DNA from: Lama guanicoe
Taxonomy: Eukaryota
Length of the DNA: 46,919 bases
Assembly: GCA_013239625.1 (NCBI GenBank)
Contig: MU053065.1
Span: 124,001-170,919, forward strand
Direction: 5' to 3'
This document shows, piece after piece, positions 11,557-24,198 of the stretch. The position numbers and the translations under genes were made by a program. How positions within the stretch are numbered: the first letter of the stretch is position 1; each line of letters starts with the position of its first letter. The notes under the pieces were generated by a model, which worked only from the letters and a program-made list of their open reading frames with translations, had not been told where the DNA came from and did not search any database.

Positions 11557-11844
11557 AGACGAAAGGAAGGAAGAAGGGCAGGAAGACCTGCCCTGGGTGA
11601 GCGGGAAAAACGCTCGGAAAACCAGAGGAGCAGCGAGGAGGAGCCAGTGGCCGTGTGGCCGGTGCGGGCGGGCAGTGGCCGGGGACACGTGCGGAGAGAG
11701 CATCTTTTGTTGCTTCTGCATAGTACGCATCCCTTACGTGTGGATCGAGCTCCGCAGTTTTCCAAATGCTTTTTAGAAAAATTCCTTCACTGGATCTGAA
11801 CCAGACAAGCACTTCATCTGTCCCAGCACCCTGCGGGGAGGGGT

Positions 11845-11945
11845 TATCGATCCCCCGGAAACTGAGGCTCAGAGAGGTCAAGTGACTTGTCCAAGGCTCT
11901 GCCGCCACCCGTGAGGACCCCGGACTCCCAGCCCCGGGCTCTTGT
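11845..11945 (-). mobile_element. MIR SINE fragment
   Basis: ggaaactgaggctcagagaggtcaagtgacttgtccaagg is the reverse MIR core. Confidence 0.8.
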
Positions 11946-12614
11946 GCCCCTACTTGTTGCTTTTTAAAGTCTCAGCTGTTCAGCCCTCCCTCTGTCATAT
12001 CCCATGCTTCTGTCTGTCTGTCAGCTCAACACTTTCTCCCACTGGGTGGGGGATGGCTGGCTCCCGCCCCCACCCTGGGTCTGGGGTCTGGCCGGTCCTT
12101 GGTTCTGCATTCTCCCTGCCCCTAGACTGGCGCCCTGCCACCCCCACCCCAGACCGGCACTTCCTCTGGACCCCTTCCAGGTTCTCCCAGGCACGCAGCG
12201 CCCCCACCCCACTCTCCTGCACCGTATCGCTTCAGCCTCGGTGCTTTGGGGCACTGCCGGGGCCCATCCTGACCTTTTTTCCCCCATCACTGTCCCACTT
12301 GGGGCTCCAGTGGTGCACCCCTGGGTAAGGTAACAGCCTCCTCCCTGGGCACCCTGATGCCACACCTGCCTTCCTGCAAAGGTAACATGCGACCGGGTCA
12401 CAAGAGGCTCATTGGCCCTGGGGCTCCTGGATGGAGTTTCCAGATGGTGGCTTGGAGTTTATGGCATCCATGGGCTGGCCCCAGCTTTATGCCTCTGGAT
12501 GTGACCCTCTGTCCCCTCTTTGCCCACCCTCGCCCGAGGCCGTCTACACCTTTTCCTGGGAAGCCCCCCTCCCCCAACACCCCGACCTTCAGTCCCAGCA
12601 GGAAATGGTGGCAG

Positions 12615-12790
12615 CTATAGCTGCTCAGTGTCAGACAGACCTGGGTTCCTATCCTGGTGTCACTTCCTGAGTGACTTTAAACAAATCACTTAACCTTTCT
12701 GAGCCTCACGTGCCTCACCTGTAAAATGGGGATGATCTCACCTGCCTCAAAGGGTTGTTGTTGGCATGAATGTGTGTGCGATGGGAATGT
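12615..12790 (+). mobile_element. MIR SINE
   Basis: tcagacagacctgggttcctatcctgg...cacttaaccttttctgagcctc...cacctgtaaaatggggatgat...cctcaaagggttgttgt. Confidence 0.85.
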
Positions 12791-15357
12791 GGTTTGCCCC
12801 TGTGATGGGCAGCCCAGGAGGGGCCCGCGGAGCCTCCCCTAGGGGGCTCCTCCCACGCTGCCTCTGTGGTTTAGCTCCCAGCTCCTGCCTGCTGTGGATA
12901 ATCCCCGTCCCTGTTTGTTCCCGCACTCAGCCGACAAGTGCCCCGAGCGTCGCCTTTGCCCGGTGCCTTTCACATCGTCGCCTCCAGCAGAGCAAGCACT
13001 GTCCTTCAGCATCCCATGAATCGGCCCCTGCTCCTAGTAGGAATGTAAGAAATAGTTGTGACTTGATTATAATATTTGGTTACATAAAATAGGGTATGCC
13101 TTACACTTAGCAGGGACCGGGAGGAAGGGCTTCCCGGCAAGGAGGGGCTGCACGGGCTGAGCAGGGACAAGGGGTGTCCTGAAGCTTGGGTGATGGGCAG
13201 GAGGGATGGGGCAGGTGAGGAAGGGTCCTGCCTAAGGGGAGAAGGGTGGGCGGGGGTGGGGCTGAGCTCACTTGAGTCCACAGGACCTTGAGAGCCAAAG
13301 AGAAGGCGTTCAGCATCCTCAGGCACCCAAAGAGGGGTGAGGACCTGGAGGTGACGGCAGAAGGGGTGCACTTGAGTGACGTTTCCAAGGAACAGCCCAG
13401 AGGAGGTCAAGATGTGGCTACGAGGCACACTTAATAAAAAAGAGAGGTTTCAGAGGCCGACGGGGGTGGTGGAGGCACATCCCAGGGGCGGGGCAGCTGA
13501 CGTGGTTTCTGCGCTTCGGCCTGGCAGGGCTCCTGAGTAGGGGGCTGGGTTTGGGGATGAAGTGTCGCTGTCACCTTCCAGGGACAGCTCGCTGCTTCTC
13601 TCTGCCTGGCAGGCAGCCTGAGCAGGGCACCTCCGTTCCTCCTCCAGGGGCTGTGTGGGGCTGTGGTGGCCGCTCCTAGACCAGGTGGCACGGGGTTCAA
13701 ATCCAGCTGTCCCAGGTCCGTCAAGGCCTTATAATGAGCCACGTCTGCTGCCCACGGGTCCTTGTTCCGCACCCTCCTTGGAGCCCCTTCTTCCCCTTCC
13801 CGTCCTTGGGTTGTAAAGATACCTCGTGAGCAAGAAGCAAAGCCAGGATTCGGTGTCCTCCTACCTGGGTTTCTGTCCAGGACGCTTTTCCCCAGAGTGC
13901 CCTAGCAGGAAGATGATGGCCTGGAGGGGTGGGGGGGACTCCAGGAAATGTGCAAGGCTGGGACTGGCCTCTTGGGCAGGTTGGTGCCTGATCCTTGGTC
14001 GGCACACATTTCTTGAGTGCCTCTTGGGTGCCAGGCGTGGCCTCAGAGGGCATGGGGTGCGCTCACCCCAGGGCTGGGCCCTTAGTAAATATGTGCACAG
14101 GTATCTCCTGAGTCTGTCAGATGATGGATTGGGCCTCAGGTCCTGGGGGCAGGGCGCTGAGCACCGAGGTGACCACGTGCTCCTGTGGGACTGGGTGATG
14201 CTGCAGACGAACCCCACCAGTGGGCCAGGAAGTTCTGATGACCCAAATCTAAGAGTAGGCAAGTAGGTGGAGAAAGCTCACCCAGTTTATTTGGCTGAAA
14301 ATAGCACCCCACCATTCTCCTTTGACAAGTAGGGGTCCTGGCAGAGGCCAGAGTGAACAGGCTGGAACGTGGACCTGCCAGGTAGGGTGCAGCTCAGAAG
14401 TAAGCAAGGCAGTGGGATGACGTGAGTAGTGGAAAGCCACCTGAAGAAGTGCATTTCTATCCACGAGTCCGGCCAGACTGGCTGCTCGTGGGCAAACCCC
14501 CTCCCCCGAGCTCCTCTTTGGGGAGGAGGGTTAGCAGAGGGGGATGCTCAGGACTTGACCTTGGGCCTCAGGAGCTGGAGTGGAGCCGACCTTTGTCCCA
14601 TGTTCCTGGGCCAGCAGTGCTGTCTGTCTTGTCGCGTCTCAAGTGTCCGTCCTCATATGTCTTGGCAAATCCTCACCGCAGCCTTGCACGGTAGGCACTA
14701 TTGGTTCCATTTGATCCAGGAGTGAATGGATGCTCCCAGAGCACCCTGAGGTCACACGGCTGGACCATAGCATCGCCTCCTTTTTTCTATACACATGGCT
14801 TCTCCTGGTGGCCAGTGCCTCCCCAGGGAGCCAGTAGGTGTCTCCAGCCTCCAGCCCCTGCCCGGGAGAAGCTTAAGCAGCTCACCTGGAAGAGGGCCAA
14901 GGGCTGGTGACCAGACAGGTCAGGCCACACTTGGATGCTTCAGGGAGGTCAGCAGAGGTCATCGTCTGTCTCCCCAGGACCCGAGCTCCCCTGGCATGGG
15001 GTCTGTGTCCGTTTCTCAGCATTGCAGCCCCCACAGCTAGGATGGGACCGGCATGTAGTAGGTGCTCAATACATACTTGCTGAATGGGTGGCTTCTCTGG
15101 GGAGCCCCTTGTGCGCCGAGGCCCTGGATGGTGGAGCCTCGGCTCCGGAAAGCTCGGAAAGGCTGCTTCAACTCACAGACCTACTGGATCAAAGGGTCCG
15201 TTGTGGATCTTAGAGCACATTTCCCTGGTGGATCGTGGGATTAACGCAGCCCATAATGGAACTGACCCAGCACAGAGGGCAGCCCTGGCCCGACAGGACC
15301 TTGGCCCCAAGCACTTCAGCTCCTCCTCGAACCCAGCTGAGCACGGCACCAGGGGCC

Positions 15358-15827
15358 TGTTACCGAAGGCAAGTTCACGTGCCCGCCGCACCATGAGGCC
15401 AGGCAAACTGAAACATTGAAGTTTGATGCAGAGAGATGATTATTACAGGGCCAAGCAAGGAGGACGGGGTGGCTCATGCCCAAGAAAACCCTGAGCTCCC
15501 TGAAGGGTTTCAGCAGAGCACAAAGGCCAGGTCAGGGAGGCGGGTCGCGAGGTGCGTGATCAGCTCGTGCGCAATTCTCTAACTGGTTGACATCGAGGTA
15601 ACAGGGCGGTCAACACTGTCAACCCCTAGGGGCCGGACGGTCTGGGGCCACGTGCTCTCAGTCATCAGGTAGTTAATTTCTTCCCTTTGGTGGTGGTTTT
15701 AGCATCTGAAAAACTCAGGAAATACACATGAGATACTGTTACCTGGGTACTTCAGAGAGGAGCTGCAGCAGGGGTAAGGGGGAGGGGCCTGACCCTGGAA
15801 GGCCCCCCAGGGTCCTGCTGGGTTATA
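15358..15827 (-). mobile_element. ERV1-class solo LTR, MER41-like (cetartiodactyl MER41_BT/Vpa type)
   Basis: Begins tgttaccgaaggcaagttcacgtgcc and ends ggccccccagggtcctgctgggttata (TG...CA with a CA>TA change), 470 bp. Perfect 4-bp TSD GGCC at 15354-15357 and 15828-15831. Ends match the recalled MER41-like consensus (TGTAACCGAGCAGGACCC ... TTCGGTAACA) in reverse. Confidence 0.9.
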
Positions 15828-16419
15828 GGCCCAGGGTACCAGACAGGGCTGTCCAATGAGAGTGGAGGTGGCTTGTGTGCTGAGAGCTCAGACTTCCCGA
15901 TCAGGGTTGAGGGGCATTGCTGCTCCCACGAGTGCAGAGGAGGCCTGGGAGCAGAGGCCTGAGCCCCAGGGTTGTTCCTCTAGACACGCAGTGTGAGCAG
16001 GGGCCCTGTGCCCACAGAATTCATTTGTTCCCGGGAAGAGTTATGTGAGGGCAGCGTGCAGGGCGGGGCTTAGGGACTGTGGGAGCAGAGGACCTAGGGA
16101 AGGACTGCGTTTGTGTAGGGATGGAGGGCCCCAGGATTCAGGGCATGAGCTGAGACACTTTTGACCTTTCATCCCTGGATCTCGGGTTATGGTCAGGAGC
16201 AGCACGTGGATGCGGAGTCCCCGTGACTCCTGCCACCCGGTGCCGGCCACGGTCAGTGGTGTTTGCTAGGTTTTCTCCTGTGCCCACTTCTGCTGATTGG
16301 CGGGGGTACCTGCAGCGCTGGGTTAAGAGGGGCCTGGGGCGGAATGTCCCTAGGACGGGGCCTGGGTTGACTTGGGATGTCTGCTGCGGGCACAGGGTGC
16401 AATGAATTTGTCTGGTCAG

Positions 16420-16560
16420 ATTTAGTCCAATCATCTCATTTTACAAGTGAGGAAAGGAAGACTCAGGTAGGAACTTGTCCAAGGTCACGTGACTTGCAGC
16501 ATCAGGATTAGAAATGGGGTCCCCTGGCCCCTGGTTCTTTCTTGTCTCATGCCTCTCACT
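16420..16560 (-). mobile_element. MIR SINE fragment
   Basis: ctcattttacaagtgaggaaaggaagactcagg...aacttgtccaaggtcacgtgact. Confidence 0.75.
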
Positions 16561-17019
16561 AGGTGGACTCTCCAGGAGCCTCTTATCAAACCAGTGGAGC
16601 CAGCGCCCTGCTCTACTGCTCCCTACCTGGCCCACCAGTAGTGTCCCCACTGTCCCCAGCGACCAGCCAGCCCCTCTATCTTGGGCAGAGCAGAGAATGA
16701 GCCATGGAGCAGGCCCTGCCCTCTGGGAGTTGTGACCCCCAAGAGGCATGAGGTGAAGAGACAGGCAGAGACATGGTGCAGACCCACAGCAGGCAGTGGA
16801 CACACGCCCATCAGGGACGTTCCCAGGTTAGCAGCGTATTGAGACCCGGTGTCTAGGCTGAAATGGGCAGAGCAGGACAGGCTGACGGCTCCTCTCTGAG
16901 CAATCCTGGGAAGCTTCCTGGAGGAGGGGTTTCCCTGCAGCGTGGGAGTAGGGGAGTCTGGTGTGATGTGTGGAAAGGAGCCTGGAGTGGTAGAAAGGTG
17001 ACAGGAGAGGGCCTTGGGC

Positions 17020-17200
17020 AGCCTGGGGTTGGAGTCCCCACCACTTTACTTACTATGCAGCCTTGGGAAAGTCTGTTACCTTGTCTGAAGCCTCTGTTTG
17101 CTCAGCAATAAAATGGGGTAATAAAACAGCTTATCTCCTAGGGCTTGGGGAAGAGCAAATCGGTTAACATCTATGGAAGGGCTTCTTAAATAAGGTGCTT
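17020..17200 (+). mobile_element. MIR SINE
   Basis: acttactatgcagccttgggaaagtctgttaccttgtctgaagcctctgtttgctcagcaataaaatggggtaata. Confidence 0.75.
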
Positions 17201-17224
17201 TCAGTACATACTGGGTGGCTTTAT

Positions 17225-17430
17225 ATAGATTCCAGAATAGTCAAAGTAATCTGCGGTAATCGAAATTAGGAAAGGAATTACCCTTGGAAGAGGGGCCGGG
17301 AGTGGTGGGGTGCCCTAGAGCACTGATAATGCTGTTTCTTGATCCAAGAGCTGGTTCTATGGACAGTTCACTGAACTCTACACTATGTGCACTTTTCTGT
17401 ATGTACATTATACTTCAATTAAAAAAATTT
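17225..17430 (+). mobile_element. L1ME-type ancient L1 3' end
   Basis: tgtttcttgatcc...tgtgcacttttctgtatgtacattatacttcaattaaaaaaa is the characteristic L1ME/L1MC terminus. Confidence 0.8.
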
Positions 17431-17529
17431 TTTTAATAAAGTGCTTATAATGCTTAGAATGGTCAGGTTATAATGGCCATCGTTTGACAGAATGTCCAAG
17501 AGGAGACTCGGAATGACGTTACTAGAAAC

Positions 17530-17725
17530 AGCTTCTTTCTGTGGAATATTTCAGGCAGTGTGCCAATTCCTTCACATGCATTTTCCCATTTAATCCTTGC
17601 AACAGCCCCTGTTTTACAAATGGGGAGACGGAGGCTCAGAGAGGTTGTATTAGTTGCCCAAAGTCACACAGCTAGCCTGGGGCAGAGGTAGGTTCAGAGC
17701 AGGTCTGACTCCAGAGCTGCATTCT
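17530..17725 (-). mobile_element. MIR SINE
   Basis: catttaatccttgcaacagccc...ttttacaaatggggagacggaggctcagagaggttgtattagttgcccaaagtcacacagctag. Confidence 0.85.
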
Positions 17726-18834
17726 CCGTGGAGCATGAAGGACCTAAATGTTGCCCGGACCTGGGCTAACTTCCTGGGCTAACTGGGGGGCGTTTTCTGG
17801 GTCTGGCTTGTCTTTTAACCCTGACTGTGCCAGGGTCCTGCTGGCTCACAGCTTGGGGTGGAATATGCAGAACAGCTGCTCCCCTGCGGGTCCCAGTCTG
17901 GAGATGCCTCCAGGATGGGAGTAAGTGGGAAGCAGGAACCAGAAGGGAGGCATTTGTCTGGAGAGCAGCGAGACGTGCTGTGCTCCGTGCTGGTGGAGTA
18001 GGAGGGCATCTCCAAGGGTCTCGGTAGGGAGGAGGCTGTGTGGAGGCTCCAGGGTTCAATTAAAACCCTCCAGGGCAGAGCCCTGCCTGGTGAGAGGGAG
18101 ATGTGGCAGTATTTCTCCTCCCAGCACCCGAGGGGAGGGGGGAGCTTTTATGCATAACTTGAATTCCCTCACCGTTTCCGAGCCTGTGCTGGGGGATTTG
18201 CATCTTCGCAGAGGCCTTACTGCTCAGCAGGAGAAGCCCAGGGCACGCTTGCATCTTCCCGGGGTGGGCTGGGGGCTGGGAGGAAGATGGGAAGCCAGGC
18301 ACTTTTGTTGCCTTGATTCTTTGGCTAAGCAAGTCAGCCGAACTCAGACTAAGCAACTCTGCCCTGTGGCCTTGTCCAGTGGGAGAAAGATGGCATTGTG
18401 TTTGCGTTTATATGCAACTGGCAAAGCAGATAAAGCCTTATTGTTGTCGAAGGTTTCCAATCAGTTGGGGAAAAGAGGGCCTGGTGGCGTCATTCAGAGT
18501 ACTGGAGGCCAGACAGCTTCTTTCCAGCTTCTTTACCAGCTGAGCTGCTCACCTCCTCTGAGAGGCCTGCCCTGATTAACCCCTTCAGCTCTTGATGGCT
18601 ACCTCCCAGCCCTCAGCAAGGATGGACACACTGTGAATAGAGGAAGTGCATTAGCAAGTGATGGTTGTTTATGATTGTTTTTGTCTTAAGTTTATCTCCA
18701 GTATGTCAGCCCTGCCACCCTTATTTGACTGGAGGCTGGCTGAGGGCAGGGACTATGGGCCTCCCTTAGGGATTCCATCCATGTAGCAGGTGCCAGTCTT
18801 TAGTGCTGGCTCTAGTTCCCCAGTGTAGCGTTGA

Positions 18835-18960
18835 CTCTGCCTCAGGACCTTTGCACACGCTGTCCACCTGCTTGGAACCCCTTCCTTCACCTCCTTTCCA
18901 TCTCTTGTATCACTCTTGCTTATCTGTTCCTCTTCCATGAAGCCCTTTCCTGCTGCCTCC
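18835..18960 (+). mobile_element. L2 LINE fragment
   Basis: ctgcctcaggacctttgcacacgctgtccacctgcttggaacccc is a sense L2 motif. Confidence 0.65.
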
Positions 18961-19244
18961 TGCAGCCTGAATGGGGCCCCTCGCTGCTCCCGCCCCTCCC
19001 CTTCCTGCTCTCCTTCCCTTCTGAGTGCTCCCCACGGGCACTATAGCTGTCTGTCCACTGCTCCATCTGCCACGCTGGGCACTGAGCTGGGGGTGACCCG
19101 GAAAGGCGCTGCCCATCCTTTATTCTTCCACGGAGCTGGAACTGGGTGGCAGTGGTTTCAGGGGTCCTGGGCTCCTGGTGGAGGGAAGCCTCCCTCCCTC
19201 GTGCTCCCCGTGGCCACTGTGTGCAAGTTTGCTTTCAGACGCTT

Positions 19245-19400
19245 TCATAGCTAGTTTCTCATTTAATCCCCCCCGGTAACCATGGGAGGTCGGTGTTATT
19301 GGCCCACTTTACAGATGAGGAGATGAAAGTTCAGAGTAGCTAAGTGGATGTGCCCCCGTCACCTGGTTTATAAGCAGCAGACCTGGGATCCAGTTCTTTT
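19245..19400 (-). mobile_element. MIR SINE
   Basis: tctcatttaatcc...gttattggcccactttacagatgaggagatgaaagttcagagtagctaagtg. Confidence 0.8.
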
Positions 19401-20819
19401 TTTTAGCATTGCAGCCCCACCATTGCTGCCCTTCCTTCCAGGAAGCTCCATTCCCTGCCTAGAAATCAGGGAGCCCCAAAGTGTGAGTCCTCAGAGCACC
19501 TCCCTGTCCTTGCTTGGCACCTGAGAGTCCATGACCTTGGAAGGCCTGTGTCCCGACCGCAAAGTGCCGGTGAGGAGCAAGTCTGGCTTTGACAAACAGC
19601 CCTGTGGTCCCAGGACATGCAGGGCTAATTCAAGTGCAAACAGTGCATTAGTTTTTATTGCTCATGCTCCACTGCTAGTAAAATTTGAGTTTTAAAAATA
19701 ATGGTGAGCAAATGAATTGGTCGATGGCCTATGGGGAGAGGATGCGGGGAAGGGTACTTCGTGGAGACGAGTGACAGCGGGGACTGAGCCACTGCAGGGT
19801 CCTTGCTGGGGTGCGGGATGGGAGGGCTTATCTGGCTGGGGTGGGGAGGGGTGCAGCTCTTCACTCCTGGTCTGGTTCCTGGTCCAGTCTGGGAAGTCAT
19901 TAATCTGCATGTTACAATTTGCTGAAAGCACATTTGCCGCCGGTGGCGGGTGGCAGCGTCTCCAGGCTGAGGAGGTGGCTGTTTGGGGGAATAGCTCTCC
20001 AGCGTCTGCTTCAATTACCTGTGCTTAAAATGCGTAATTTGAAACGTCGATTCCTACAAGGCCCCATGCCTGCCATGCAGTGGGTGCCTGTGTTTCTGAC
20101 ACCCGAGCTCCAGAGCAAGCCGGGTCCTGCCGGGCAGGGCAGAGACCTAAGAAGAGTCTAAGAAAACCAAGGGACGCATCACAGACTCCATGACGTCTGG
20201 GAAGTGGGGGGAGAGAGAGGGAGGGCCCTGGGTGCTGAGGGGACTCAGCCACCACCCCTCTCCCCTACAGGAGACACATCTTTGTCCCTATAATTCATCT
20301 GCCCACTGCGTCCCAAGAGAATCATGGGCTGGAAAAAATATAATTTAAGAAAGAGAAGACCTGCTACTGTGTGACGCTGAGGGAATCAGTTAACCCCTCT
20401 GTGTGTGAATTTCCCCATCCACAGAATGGGGATATGAGACCTGCTGGGCCCGCTTCTTAGGATCAAGAGGGAAAACAGGGGCGTGTAAGCAGAAGGGACA
20501 TGACAGCCCTTCAGCTATCTGGAGACGGCCCTCGTGCTTTCCTCGGGAAATGGCTTTGCTTAAAGCTGGGCTTTTGGAGGGCTTAGGAAGTGTGAAGGGA
20601 TTTGGGATTTGTGTGCGGGTGGTACCTGCAGCACCGTTCGGATTTCCTCCATCAGCAGTGGTGGCATGAGGGCCCGCACTGCCCTCCGCCCCCTCCTCCC
20701 TTTGCCCTCCCACCCCCACCAGGGGCACCAGCCCTGCAGCGCTGCCCAAATGAGTGCTCGGTCACCAAGAATCGCCAGCACTGCGGACCCAGCACTCGGC
20801 ACCCATGCTCTCCAATCCT

Positions 20820-20920
20820 CAGCCAGTCTTGAGGTGGGCACCGGTATTACCCGATTTTACAGAAGCGGGAAGCTGAGGCCTAGAGCAGTGAGGGGCCTGC
20901 CTGAGGTCCTGTTAGAACTG
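20820..20920 (-). mobile_element. MIR SINE fragment
   Basis: tattacccgattttacagaagcgggaagctgaggcctagagcagtgagggg. Confidence 0.7.
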
Positions 20921-21949
20921 AGCTCTGCCTGGCTCCTTCCGCATCCTGCCGCCTCAAGGTTCTGGCCCAAGGCTGCCATGCCAAGGGTTGGGTCAGTGAC
21001 TCGGGGTGTCCCTGGGAAGTGGGTGCCATCTCCCTTCCTCTCTTTTACCCCCAAATGGAGACCCTCCTCCTGCCTCATCTCTGGATGCTCTGAGCAGGAA
21101 GAAAGGCCTCAGTGCACCCAGCAGGCATTTGACCTTCGGAGCGCCGTGGACCGAGGGAGAGAGAGACATCCAAAGACCGTGTGCACGCGGACTCCCGGGC
21201 CACAGAGCAGAGCTGACTGCCTGATTCTGACTTTGGCCCCTTTGAATGGTCGGTTGTGTCTCCGCAGCTCCAGAAGCGCCCTGGCCACGCTGCGCTGAAC
21301 GTCCTTTCCCCAACCTCAGGCCAAGCCCTGGGCATCCACCGAGGCCCTCCCTTCACCCCAGCTTCTTTTGATCTGGCTGCCCCAGTGCCCTGCGGTCTGC
21401 CCTGGGCGTGGGCACAGTGGCCTGGTGGCCCTGCAGTGTTAGCAGGAATGTCTGAACAGCTGGGAGGCGCTGAACACAGGGCCTTCACAGTGAGGGGAAT
21501 GGGTGCTGTTCAGGCATTTTGTGTAAGTTAGTAATATTGTAACTGTTAACTGAATGTCCATCGATTGCCTGTCAGGGGTTTGATTTAGCCTGTCTTTCCC
21601 TTCTGAGTCCCAGCTGACCGCTTAAGTAGTTTGCTTGCCTGGCCCTCGTTTTTCTTTCTCTAATGTGGTCCCTTCCCTGCGCCCTCAACCTGGGTTTCAT
21701 TCCGCTGGCTTCGTAATGAGCGTCTTCTGTTTTCTGGCGCTGGCCTCCCGGTGGTCCCTGGGCCCTCTCAAGTGGATTCCCATAACTCATTCCTCAGCTG
21801 GTGTTTTGCGGAGTATCTGGAGACTCAGGACGGACAGAGTCTTCCTGGTGCACTTCTTCTGGGATTTAAATGCTTTGAGACCTTCTCTGGAAGGGAGTGG
21901 AAAGGGCAGTGGCCTGGAGACTTAGGGGACCAGCCCTGGTTTCGCTGCA

Positions 21950-22915
21950 TCATTCATTCATTCAGTGAGGCAAGAGTCAAAGCCAGGCCCTGTGATCAGC
22001 CTGTGTCCCTCAGGGGACAGATTCCTGAGTCCAGGGCTCTGTGGGAGATGTGAACAGGTGATACAGTGCGGCGTGGTGGTCGGGGGGCGGGGTATGGGGA
22101 CACCCAGGGGACACTGAAGTCAGATGTGGGCAGAAGGAAAGGCTTCCTGGAGGAGGAGCAGTGCCTGCAGTCCAGCTTGAGCTGCATTTCAAAGGACAAG
22201 GAGGAGTTAGCCTGGCAGAGGGAGCATCCGTGATGGCTGGGCCGGGAGGGCACCTGGAGTCAGGCTAGGGGCTGAGAGCAATGACAATAATGCCACCACA
22301 CTGAGCACTCACTGAGCATGGGACAGTGTCGGAGCGCTCCTTAGACCGTCTAGTTTAGTCCTTATACCAACGCCACACGTAGGCACCTCCCTCGATGGCT
22401 AAGGTGGCGGAGCCCGGGTCCCGCCTGTCCTGGTGGAGGCCCAGAGCCGTGAACTCAGGTGTCTGTTCAGGAGTGCCGGCTCCTTCAGCACCTGCTGCCT
22501 CATGGCCGTGTCTGTCCTAGGGATGTTGCACCAAGGGTTGGGTCAGGGACCTTGGGGTGTCCTTGGCTGAGCCAGATTATGGAGGGTCTTATGTGTGTAC
22601 ATCAGAAAGTGTTAACTTTATCTGGAACGCTACAGAGAGCCACTGAGGAATTTTACAAGGAGAAATCAGGCTTGTTTGTAGAAATAATCACTCCAGCTGC
22701 AGCATCCAGCCTGGAGGCACGGAGGGAGCTACTGAGCCGGCCAGTGGCCCTGCCAGGAGGGCTGCGGGCTGGCGAAGGTTGGGGAGTTGAGGTGCAGAGG
22801 GGCCCACGGGGCTCCAGAGGCACAGAGGAGGTAGGATCTGCAGGGCATCTCCGGGCTGATTGGATGAGGCTGAGGGAGGGTGGGTGAAGGCAGGTTTTTA
22901 GATGATTCTTAAGTC
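21950..22915 (-). mobile_element. L2 LINE, 3' portion (interrupted by a probable MIR near 22280-22470; left part of the L2 split by the 22916-25045 insert)
   Basis: cattcattcattca tail; ggcttcctggaggagg; gagagccactgaggaattttac; ends gatgattcttaagtc (cf. L2 gatgactcccaggtt). Confidence 0.7.
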
Positions 22916-22989
22916 TTTTTTTTTTTTTAACAAAGATTAATTTTTATAAAATACATGGATGAAGGCTCATCAAAAGGCAAATTCTTACC

Positions 22990-23859
22990 TGTTACAGCCC
23001 CTCTTTTGGTGTTCTGAGACCAATTTCCAATGGGCGGGGGATGGGTTTTCCCTCCCAGCACCGAGCGATCCTCAGACACCAAAAGGGTGTTCAAGAATTC
23101 AGCTCGGTTCCGACACCATATACCTGGAGGCAGAATCAGGTTCCCCTGGTGACGGGCTCGGTCCCCGCAAGACCACGCCCCACTTCAGATGCCAGCGGCA
23201 AGTCCAGGCTGCTCCCTGTGCTTCTGACCCACTGGCTACGGATTGGAGGTTCCCACGCCCCCCTCCAACTCAGGATGACTGACGGACCGTAAATCAGAGG
23301 CTCCTACGACCTCCTCCTCGGGATCGATGAATTTGCTAGAGCGACTCACAGAACTCAGGAAACACGTTTCTTACCAGATTACTGGTAAAAGGATGTAACC
23401 AGGGAACAGCCAGATGGAAGAGATGCAGAGGACAGGGTACGGGAAAGGGCATGGCGGCTCCATGCCTTCTCCGGGGGCACTGCTCTCCCCAAAACTCCCC
23501 GGGTTCACCAACCAGGTAGCTGTCCGAACTCTGTCCTCTGGGAGTTTTATGGAGGTTTCACTACATAGCCATGATTCATTAAATCCTTGGCCATTGGCAA
23601 TTGATTCGACCTCCAGTCCCTCTCCTCTCCCAGAACCCTCTAATCACGTGGTCAGATTGGCAACCAGCTCTGTCTTCAGGTGGGGTCCAAAAGTCACCTC
23701 ATTAACATAACGAGACACTTTATCATGCTCACCGCTTAAGAAATTCCAAGGGTTTTAGGAGCTCTGTGCCAGAAATGGGGACGTAGACTAAATATATATA
23801 TATATATGTATAAATCTTACTATATATATACATATCTTAGTATAAATCACAATACTACA
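22990..23859 (-). mobile_element. MER21-like LTR (ERVL class)
   Basis: The reverse complement of the right end, tgtagtattgtgatttata...tttagtctacgtccccatttctggcacagagctcctaaaacccttggaatttc, matches the MER21 5' end. The internal motif ttgctagagcgactcacagaactcagg is present. The left boundary (22990 or 23010) and TSD are not resolved. Contains (TA)n at about 23790-23833. Confidence 0.8.
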
Positions 23860-24198
23860 GTTCCCAAATCAATAAAAACATCTTTACCCTATAAAAACCG
23901 CACGCTCATGGTCCCTGAAGTGAGAAATGGACTCCCTTCCAGCTTCACCGCGCTGATTCAAAGTCTGAGATATGGCTCGAATCTTGACTTCAAGACTGTA
24001 AGTTGATGTATTATTGACTCACTAGCATTAATTAGTTAATAGCATGTTTTACAAGACAGAAGATATATGCAATGTTAAAACTAACTAAACGTGATTTAAT
24101 TAAAAAAAAAAGCATTCCGATACTTCATACCCTTTTAATGTAACTGTAAGGCCCATTAGTTACAGAATTCCTAATACGAGTTACTCTAATAGGACAGG

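Noticed and set aside
11054..11908. 284-aa minus-strand ORF with an internal peptide repeat
   Set aside because: It starts in a MIR, and the repeat (GLRPTLGAAEALGP x2) is simply the 54-bp DNA duplication; GC-rich chance ORF.
17925..21298. 216-aa (17925-18575) and 229-aa (20609-21298) ORFs
   Set aside because: Non-ATG starts, the second partly MIR-derived, no known domains; expected by chance at this GC content.
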